From the NCBI GenBank assembly GCA_951406725.2, contig OX597817.1, forward strand, positions 36,332,001-36,396,000: a DNA stretch of 64,000 nt, read 5' to 3'. The position numbers and the translations under genes were made by a program. Positions within the stretch are counted from its first letter, which is position 1; every line of letters begins with the position of its first letter. The stretch is from Octopus vulgaris. Lineage: Eukaryota. The notes under the pieces are model-generated. The model was given only the letters and a program-made list of their open reading frames with translations. It did no database searches and had not been told where the DNA came from. Shown here one piece after another: positions 53,724-64,000 of the stretch.

Positions 53724-54862
53724 TAAGCCTTAGTCTACCAGAAAAAATGTGTGTCACTAATTACTAACTGGGTCCAATGGCCCCAATAATGTTCTTTTCA
53801 TTAAATCTTATTCAAACTACCATTATTTCTTAGCTACATTATATATGCTATCAGGCGAATGAAGAATTACTGTCTCTCACAAATTTAATAAAAAAATTAG
53901 CTTACAGAGTATATTATTGATTTTAAAAATTACAAGAATATAGAATTACAGCTCTTTATGGCAGTGAATGCAAACGACATTGTAATGCTCTTGGCAAACA
54001 TGGATATTACAACTCTTACCTGCAGCACGAGTTTTCCTGTTTCTTTTTGGGCCGCACAAATACCATCTTCCATTTTTCTTTGGTTGAGGAATCTCAAATG
54101 AGGTTGAAGATCGCCTTCTTTTCTTGTTTGGTTGAGAAATGTTAGCGGAACTAGAAGATTGTTTGTCATGTTCTTGTTTAGAATTAACTCCTGCAAGTTC
54201 CTTTCCTAACTGAAGTAGGCACTGTCTTCTTTTACCCTTGAAACTGCAAGTGAAGCTGTTTAGCAACAATGAAAGCATTCACTGCACTTATATCAATCAT
54301 GTTGTAGAATATAACCATAGGCCATCTTCGAGTCGTTCTTTTGCAAGTGTATGTCCTTACCTTCTTATCTAGGGTGTCTACTCCTCCTTCTGTTTTGTTG
54401 TAACATGGAATAACTTCAGGTTTTTTTTCATCACTTTTTGAAGCTATTGAAGGCTGAAAGTGCATTGTGCTCATAAGTGTGACAACATAATTTTTTCTTG
54501 GGACAATAAGATAGGATCATAGAATCCTTTTGAAATCCAAATATTGTGCTGTCGAATCTCTTTCTTTTCCATTTGTGAGAGCACTTGGAAATTCAACTCT
54601 GTTCTTTCTAATTGTTCCAGCTAAAGTAGTTTTCTTGCTAAGCAGCTTTCGAGCCAGTCTTAGACTTGTAAAAGAATTATCACAAGTTATATTGCGACCG
54701 GTATTTTCAAGTTCTTTTACTTTAACCTTGATTTGTCTTTCTCCCTTTTACTCGGTCTTTTCCAGTGATAGATTTGAAGAAAAAGAATTGTTCATCAGCT
54801 GCCATGCATGAACTTGGAACACATCCATCTTGCAAATTCTGATTCCAAAGATGGAAGGTTAA
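53724..54862 (-). mobile_element. piggyBac transposon relic
   Basis: LWNQNLQ..DEQ, GRNITCDNSFTS, GTIRKNR, STMH, KPEVI..YNKT.GGVDTLD, RRWP, Cys-rich C-terminus; TTAA-GCCTT at 53724. Confidence 0.9.
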
Positions 54863-56689
54863 TGAAGGAAGAATACAAAATGCAAATGTAGAAAAACTAT
54901 GACAATGCCATAAAATCGTAAGGAAAATAAAGTGAAGCCCTATGTTAACTACCAAGAACAAAATCCTAGCTGATATCATGTACAAGTTGCAATTGTTAAA
55001 GCGACATTTATACATAACACTCAAAGCTATTCAATCATCCATTTGAAATCTAAATGTCACTACATATTAATACAGATGCCTGTAAGGGATCACACAATCT
55101 AATACAAATATCACCGAAGTTTTCCTAAAATAATCAGCGACCTTCTTTGAAAATGGAAGGATGCGTATTCGATAATAGTTCTACGAGATGTTCATGAATG
55201 CAATGTCTTTCATCATCAGTCAAAGCAACGTCAACAACTTCTATCACCTGATTCTTCTGTAAATAAATTGGCTGCTCTAGGGTATATCATAGGGACTAGG
55301 AAGATTTTGTATATTTATATGTCAACATGTAGTAACAGCTATAAATCTTGTAATTTATTTGACTTCCCTAAGCGCATGGAATTTCAATGCTATAGCTATT
55401 GTGCAAGATTCACTAAATAAATATTGATTCAAAAATCAATATAGTTATTGGGAAGTTCGATTTATATACCTTGGAGTTTATAAAAAGGGCCCTATTCAGT
55501 ATGAATATAATGTTCTGAAAGAAGGATTTTCATGGGTTTTGAGAGGTGATGTGTATATACAGAAAATAAACGACTGCATGAAAATTGTGTTTGTGCTAGT
55601 TGAAACATAAAATTTTAAATATATCGTTATTAATTGTAAAAGAATTGAAAAGCTGATTATGAAAGTTAAGACTCGGTGTTAATTTATCAAATAACAGACG
55701 GACAGCATTATCTGCACTAATAAGTATTAGTTTATAAAACGTCTTCCATTGATTGGAATGTTGAAACATTTGAAGTCAATTAAATTAGTGTAAAAACATG
55801 ATAAAACAAAGAAAATATTCAGTATTCGAAAGTAATTAAAAGTAGACAGAAAGAGACGAACTTACAAGTTTAAATATAATATACAACAAAGAAATTACTC
55901 GAAGATAACTTTAGATACAGCAGCACTTGTCATAAAAAGAAACATAAAAAGAAAAATTCACTCAATAAATGCGTTGTGTAGAAATCTTATATAAGTAAAG
56001 CTAGCATTGTTTAGGAATATAGGTAATGTTAAACAAACAGTCAGCGTTGTTACTGCTGAGCAAGTACAGACGCTTATTAGTTTAAAATTGTTGTTCTCTC
56101 ATCAGAAGTTAAAGGGAAATATCTTAAACGAAGTAGAAGGATTTGAATGTTATTTGTTTTTTTTTTGGGGGGTGGGGATTTTGTAGTATAGTTTAAGATA
56201 GGCTGGCATTCATTTCTTTACGACGTAAAGAAAGTGAATTAGCTTTAAACATGAAAATGTTTTGGACCTTTTACTGACAAATGATATCAACTGCAGTTGA
56301 AAATCACCTCAATATTTTCCGTGTTTGACATTATCACAGTGACGTCGCTTCCATATACCTACACAGATTTTCCACAACCCAGTTTACGTGCCCTCAAAAC
56401 CTCTCGTTTCTGTAGTCGTGGTTCTAGAACCAGTGCATTAAGAACAAATGAGATACAACTTTGAAGGACCAAACACATGATAGAGAATGGTTCCAAGAGC
56501 TCCCTGGCCAACTGTGGCTCTATAATTGCGGCGTTCCAGCTACCAAGACGGCACCGAATCTGACGGCACTAAGCATCCTGAGTCTAAGAGGAGGAGAAGA
56601 AGAAGAAGAAGAAGAAGAGGAGGAGGACGATAGTAGTAGTAGTAGTAGTAGTAGTAATAATACTACTACTACTACTAATAATAATAATA

Positions 56690-57080
56690 AGCCGGACATA
56701 GTCTTGATTGAGAAAGAAAACAAACTATGCTGGATCATAGACATAGCATCCCCAGCTGACAACAAGGTATGCGATAAGGAAGAAAGAAAAGTCGAGAGAT
56801 ATGACAGGTTAGCTTAGGAAGTTATGCAGTTGTGGTCGATGAAAAATATAGCAGTAGTACCAATAATTGTCGGAGCCCTGGGAACAGTCAGCAAAATCTC
56901 TAGAAGTACGTGGAACAAATAGGGGCTGCAGTAAGGGTGGAGCACTTGCAGAAAACAGCAGTGCTTGGAACCGCTCGAATACTCCGGAAGGTGCTCGAAA
57001 AGTAAGAGGTGTTACCTTAGTTCACTGGTAGCGAACAGCTGACACTGTAGTACCTCTCCAGCGTTAGAAGCTATGCAAAA
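56690..57080 (+). mobile_element. R4/Dong-like LINE 3' end in a trinucleotide repeat
   Basis: KPDIVLI..IIDIASP.D...KEERKVERY, VVPIIVGALG, LQKTAVLGTARILRKVL. Confidence 0.9.
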
Positions 57081-57090
57081 ACAGCAACAA

Positions 57091-57230
<140 letters not shown>

Positions 57231-57247
57231 ATAATAATAATAATAAT

Positions 57248-57766
57248 GGCTTCTGATCTTAACTGATTGGAAGTGTTATCATGTACATTGTCTTGTCTTC
57301 GTATAAAAGATCGGCTGCAGCAAATATTCTGCTCAATACCACAGATTTGCTTGTCAGTTGTTTGACCTTAAACAGTTGACCATGTCCCTTAGTGGCTGGT
57401 GATATGTGCATCTCTGACCACGAGCAGAAGTAGTGGGGGAGCATCATAGCCATGCGTTGAGAGGAATTTGGGGGGTTTGGATAACTCACCTTTGGAAAAA
57501 GGTGTTTTGTTCAACATCCTTAAACAACCCTTATTCAGGGAGCTTTTAAGTGGGATGGGCTACTCGACCTGAAGAAAATTCTAACTGGGCCCCACCTGCA
57601 AGTTCATGCACTGTTTATCTTGATATGAGATCAATATGTCGCGCACATATAGTTGTGATGCATGTGCCTGGTGTACCCGCATTAGACGGGTAGTCATGAT
57701 GGGTATACTGGGCTTCGTATATTTTACTCCAGTGTCACTTTGATGGCATGCACTGCTCTCTCACTC
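57248..57766 (+). mobile_element. Non-coding retroposed element flanked by (TAA)n
   Basis: Second copy at 49289-49452; both lie in TAA-type repeats. Confidence 0.65.
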
Positions 57767-57789
57767 ATGATGATGATGATGATGACAAC

Positions 57790-57832
<43 letters not shown>

Positions 57833-58004
57833 GTAATAATAATATTAGTAGTATTTTTATTATTTTTATTATTATTATTACTATTATTATTATTGCTTTT
57901 ATAACAATAATAATATTATTATAGTAATAGTAATAGTAGTAGTAGTAGTAGTAGTAGTAATAGTATTAGTAGTAGCAGCAGCAGCAGTAGTTGTAGTAGT
58001 AGTA

Positions 58005-58368
<364 letters not shown>

Positions 58369-59239
58369 AAGAAGAAGAAGAAGAAGAAGAAGAAGAAGAA
58401 GAAGGCAGAACGTGAAAGAAGGAAAACGAAAAGTATAAATAAAAAAAAATATAGAAGTATGAAATAGGAAGCGAAACTGCAAAGAAAATAACAGCATGAA
58501 AGCGAAATATATGATGATGAATTTCTGTGTCTGAGTATCTTTACGTGTATGTGTACAGCCATGTAGTTCCCCAACTTTCTGTTTAGTATCAAACTATCTC
58601 TCCGTATAATTATCATATATATTTATATATTTACACGTGCAACAACACTCATACAATTGTACAGAAGAGTTTATGAGCGTGTATGTGTATATGGTTAGAT
58701 ATAAATATCGATAGTTTTTGCCAGGAAAATAGATCTATAAAGAGATAAATATGTAGATAAATGGACAGATACTCCTGTTTATGTGCGCATGACAACTTTA
58801 AAAACACAATGTATATTCTCATTTGAATACCAAAGAATATCTATTGCTCATAGCGGATGAGACAGCATGTAAGCGTTCCGCAAGAATCCACGCAGACATT
58901 GAGAATTCATACAAAAGATTATATGGTTCGGTTTCTGTCATGTAATCAACAGATATTATCCTGATATCAGGAATCTATTCTACTTATAGAAAAAGAGATG
59001 TCTACAGTGTACATAGCATTGTAAGCATCGCAAACAATGTTTCACAAAGTACTTGTAACCCATAACATATTTAATCAATGCCAGTAAAGACAAAACAAAT
59101 GCACACGTCCATATACACATGCCCATATACACAGACCTGCACGTATATATGAATTCCCGCACGTATATATTAATTCATATATACATGTATGTGTGTCTAT
59201 ACACACACACAGACACACATACATACACATACATAATTC

Positions 59240-59412
59240 AAACAACGGAAAAAAGACAACAAAAAAGAACAACGTGAGGACGTAGCGCATGTAATACGAT
59301 GCTCAGAGAAAGAAAAAGAGTAGTTGTATTGTTTCGAGCATAGCTCCTCTTCGGAAACGAAAAAGTCCAAAGGAAAAGGAAGAAGAGGAAAAACCGTCAA
59401 CAGTCCACGTGT
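59240..59412 (-). mobile_element. Decayed pseudo-LTR family Q
   Basis: GTTT-CCGAAGA-g-GAGC/GCTC-GAAAC on the minus strand. Confidence 0.65.
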
Positions 59413-59825
59413 TATATATATATTAAATTAAATTAAATTTGATAATTTATTTTAAGTGTTTAATTTGTAAATATTATACTAATGTTTTTTCATGCATAAC
59501 TACATTTCATCAAAACAGTCTCTCCAAACTTGAATGTTTAAAAGAAAAGGGGGAGATATTACATTTTGTATTCTAAATATAACTCAAAGAGGAGAAAAAG
59601 AAAGAGGAAAAAAGAAGGTAAGAGGAGAAAAGAAAGAAAGAGAAAAGAGTAAAAAACAGGGGAAGAGAAAAAGAAAGCATAAGACTTTCAGTCATGACCA
59701 CATCACATCTGTTTTTTCCTTGTTTTAAGGGGTCACCATCCTTGAACCCATTCCAATACAATGGTAATTGACAATAAATAAATGAATGGTGAATAGGAAG
59801 GGGTATCCCCATTCTCTCTCTCCCC

Positions 59826-60087
<262 letters not shown>

Positions 60088-60425
60088 CCATTGTCATGGT
60101 ACCTCACCACAAAAACATAAACAATGTTCTCTTCTTCTAAACAAAAACATACGTTTTATATAAATGAACAAATTGTTTCTAACTTCACAAAGATTTATTT
60201 GACAAATTCGAGAAAAGAATTGAAGAGTTGATAATTAATGAAGAAATAAAAGATTGTTTTCCAAAACTCTGACGACTTTTTTCTCAATATTCAATTCATG
60301 TACACCACACAAAACACTCTACATAATACATACATACATAATACATACATACATAATACATACATACATACATACACACACACAGAGACACACACACACA
60401 CACACACAAGACACACAGACACACA

Positions 60426-60466
<41 letters not shown>

Positions 60467-60471
60467 TTATA

Positions 60472-60680
60472 TAAAACTTACATGGGAGCAGACGTATGCT
60501 CGAAATACGAGAGTAGAAAAAACGGCCAACAACTGACGAAGGATTGTTCTTTATGTTGTTTGTCTTGTTTTCCTTTTCTGTCTTTCGTTGTTTCAAAAAA
60601 TAGTTCATATTCCATGTACTCGTACTTCGTATTTTTTTTGCTGTACACGTTTGATGACATCCTGTGCCCACATATGCATA
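60472..60680 (+). mobile_element. Pseudo-LTR-like fragment related to the 46.1-46.3 kb element
   Basis: CGTA..CTC-GAAA-TACG..AACAA-CTGACGA-AGG and a similar 3' end. Confidence 0.5.
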
Positions 60681-60709
60681 TGTATATATATATATATATA
60701 TATTCAAAA

Positions 60710-60910
60710 TGTGACCGCGTGTGTGCCGTTGGTGATTTTTTTCCCTCCGTCTTCCCTTCTCTGGATCTTTCCTTTCCCTATGTTTCTGACGAAGAGCTCC
60801 GCTCGAAACGTAAAACCCTTCTTCTTCCCTTCCTTCCTGAGCGTCCAATAATTCTATATTTGTTCCACGTCCTCGCGTTGTTGTGTTTTCTTGTTTGGAT
60901 TAACTTTATA
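60710..60910 (+). mobile_element. Pseudo-LTR family Q with intact hammerhead (60782-60816)
   Basis: GTTT-CTGACGA-a-GAGC/GCTC-GAAACG-TA-AAAC. Confidence 0.8.
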
Positions 60911-61605
60911 TATATATATTTATATGTGTGTGTATGTATACGTATAGATGTATATGCATATAGGTATGTATATATGAAGGTATATATATATATATATATC
61001 TGTGTGTGTGTGTGTGTGTATGTGCGTATGTTGTATTTTAAACCTTGTTTTGCGTTACAAAAGAGTTAAGTACATAAAAAAGAATCAAAGGAACAAAAGT
61101 AACATACTCTGAGTAAAAGGCAAACGTAAACTTCCGCAACACATTTCATTATCGGAATTAACAGTTCGCCAGTCATGCTCGCCAGTCAAGCATTAATATT
61201 TAGTTCTACATATAATAAAGCTGGTGAAGGACGATTCATTTAGAAAGAACATCATAGTATGATTAGGTTTATTTATAAATGTAGCCTTCTAATCTGTGTT
61301 GGAATGTTGCCCTATGGATTACAATTCGAAACACGTGTTTCACATGTCAGTAGTAGAAGTTTCTTTGAGAATACATTTTGCTGTTGCCTTTGCAAGCAGG
61401 TTGTACCACTTATCTATGTAGTAATACATATCTTCGTTTTCGATTGGTTATGTCTAAGAAGTGCATTTCGCAAACTTTAAGATCCCGTGTTCGATCCTTA
61501 GTTTGGTATGTTGAGCTTGAGTATTTTCTTATAGTTTCGGGTCTATTTGAGGACTGTGACTGAAGTTGGCTTGGCAGAAATGGTCTGGAAAGTCACTGGA
61601 TAGTT

Positions 61606-62009
61606 ATACTCTTTTATTCTTTTACTTTTTTACTTGTTTCAGTCATTTGACTGCGGCCATGCTGGAACACCGCCTTTAGTCGAGCAAATCGACCCCGGGA
61701 CTTATTCTTTGTAAGCCCAATACTTATTCTATCGGTCTCTATTGCCGAACCGCTAAGTGACGGGGACGTAAACACACCAGCATCGATTGTCAAACAATGC
61801 TAGGGGGACAAACACACACACATACACACACATATATATATATATATACATATATACGACAGGCTTCTTTCAGTTTCTGTCTACCAAATCCACTCACAAG
61901 GCATTGATCGGCCCGGGGCTATAGCAGAAGACACTTGCCCAAGGTGCCACGCAGTGGGACTGAACCCGGAACCATGTGGTTGGTTAGCAAGCTACTTACC
62001 ACATAGCCA
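61606..62009 (-). mobile_element. SINE family A, near full length
   Basis: Near-identical to 34152-34580. Confidence 0.92.
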
Positions 62010-62197
62010 GACACACTGATACTGTTTGGAGCCGTTACGGTAAGGGTACATGTGTTTGTTGAGCCCTGAGTTATGTGTATGCTATTTCAAAGACTTGGTG
62101 GTCCAGTCGGTCCAGTTGATCATCGATTAAAGGCGGTGCTCCAGCATGGCCGCAGTCAAATGACTGAAACAAGTGAAAGAGTAAAGAGTAAAAGAGA
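62010..62197 (+). mobile_element. Family A 3' tail with a different upstream sequence (possible partner LINE 3' UTR)
   Basis: Last 75 bp or so match the SINE tail; the upstream part does not match the SINE body. Confidence 0.5.
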
Positions 62198-63266
62198 GCA
62201 TATATGTGTGTGAGCGTGTGTATGTGTATGAATGTGTATGTGTCTACGTGTGGATGTTTCTGTGGATATGTGTGTGTATGCGTGTTTGTGTGGATGCGTG
62301 TGTCTGTGTGTATGCGTATGTGTGTGTGTATGCGTGTGTGTGTGTATGCGTGTGTGTGTGGATGCGTGTGTGTGTGGATGTGTGTGGATGTGTGTGGATA
62401 TATGTGTGAGTGTGTGTGTGAGTGTGTATGTGTGTGTGGGAACTCGTCCAATGTACCACATGTAATGTTTTGAGGATTTGTAAATTCGAAAGCGTACCTT
62501 GATGGAACTTGATTCTTCAACAAAGGTATTCTTTCTCTCAAGCCATTCAAACATCGCATTTAGAAGCAGCAGCCTCGATCTTTCGATTTTTCTAAAGACT
62601 TATAATCATTTTCTTTCATTTTATGACATTAAATTTTAACTATTTTAACGCTGTTTGTTCTTTTTGAAATCCTATTTACACTTCTCTTCCCCTAGTTTTA
62701 CACCAATTTCACTAGATTGCGTGTTGCAAATATGTTAAACACGTAGTGCTTAAAATAAAATAATAACATTTTTTTACTTCGAAATAATAAAAGAAAACTA
62801 TTTTGGTAATGTCAAAATGTCACTGTTGACGAACAAGAAAATAAAGCTCTTTGCAACTACAAAGAATTTGTATCTCCTCACCTGACGTTTGTGTGCTTAA
62901 GACCAAAAGAATAAATAAAAGAGAAAAGGAAAATGTTAAAAAGTATGTTAGATAAAAAAATTGAAGGAAGAAAAAATAAATATCTGTGTGAAAGAAGTAG
63001 ATTTCTGTATCAGTGCACGCGGAACCATAGTCAGACATACGCACGCAATATGGAGTACATTCTGATATTTACATAACCTACGTATATATATATACGTATG
63101 CATGTTAGCATAATAAATGAATACTTCATTTTATTTTATACATCCATTATTACATTGAGCTAGAAATGCATATGTATATATACTCACATATACATTCACA
63201 CTCACACGGGCGCGCGCATATATATATATGGTACAAACATGCCTTCATAAATACGCACATATATAC

Positions 63267-63328
<62 letters not shown>

Positions 63329-63891
63329 TAAGTAAGTAAGTAAAGTAAGTAATATATATATATATACATGTGTAAGCAAACACACAGATACGAACAAGTG
63401 TCTATATGTTATGACTATCGCGCATAGAAATTCAAAGTACATAACATTGAAATGTCTTCATATCTGTTTAGAACATTTAAAAAAAAATCTCTGTCTTTTT
63501 AATATTTTGCTTTGTGACACATATGAAAGTATATTGAAATTAAGTTAGTGTTTTTCTAATTTCGCTATTATTAATCAAGTCTTTCATTGAAAAGGAAGAC
63601 GTCTTCTTTTTTCTGTTTTTAAAATTGGATAATGGAAGTGTGGCTAAATGGATGTTGGATTTCTCTTTCACAATCTTCTCTATCTCTCTGTTTCTTTCTA
63701 TGCTTAGATACTGTTGTTGCGTTTGTGTATGTGTGTGCGTGTGTGTGTGTGTGTTTGTGTGTGCATGTGTCTGCGCGTGTATTTGGGTCTGGAAACAAGT
63801 ATCTGGGTATATGCACACATATGTGCGCATGTGTTTTCATACATATGTATGCATTCTTGCTGCACATATGAACTTGCAGACAGACGCAGAA

Positions 63892-63936
<45 letters not shown>

Positions 63937-64000
63937 CATACATTAAATACACATATATTTGTATACAAGTGCATAAATACGCACACATACAACATACAAA

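Noticed and set aside
55140-55257. Minus-strand exon-like segment KNQVIEVVDVALTDDERHCIHEHLVELL
   Set aside because: Weak donor and no recognisable homology; not supportable
60254-61069. Longest ORF in the track (271 aa)
   Set aside because: Read-through of microsatellites and two pseudo-LTRs

Overview
This is AT-rich eukaryotic genomic DNA saturated with microsatellites. Its repeat families are typical of a coleoid cephalopod, most likely Octopus (inference). No intact protein-coding gene, rRNA, true tRNA or CRISPR array is supported, and most ORFs in the track are translations of simple repeats. The window is a mosaic of tRNA-derived SINEs (several families, some multimeric), decayed LINEs (RTE, HERO-like, and R4/Dong-like elements in TAA repeats), and many Penelope-like pseudo-LTRs in (TA)n that carry hammerhead ribozyme motifs. 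It also holds DNA transposon relics (irritans-type mariner, piggyBac, Tigger-like MITE, Helitrons), a small solo LTR and a few low-confidence host exons. The most interesting signal is a set of repeats whose hammerhead core elements occur in a non-circularly permuted order (UH strand, then GAAA strand, then CUGANGA strand). Compensatory changes between copies support this fold, and one copy starts at the predicted cleavage site.
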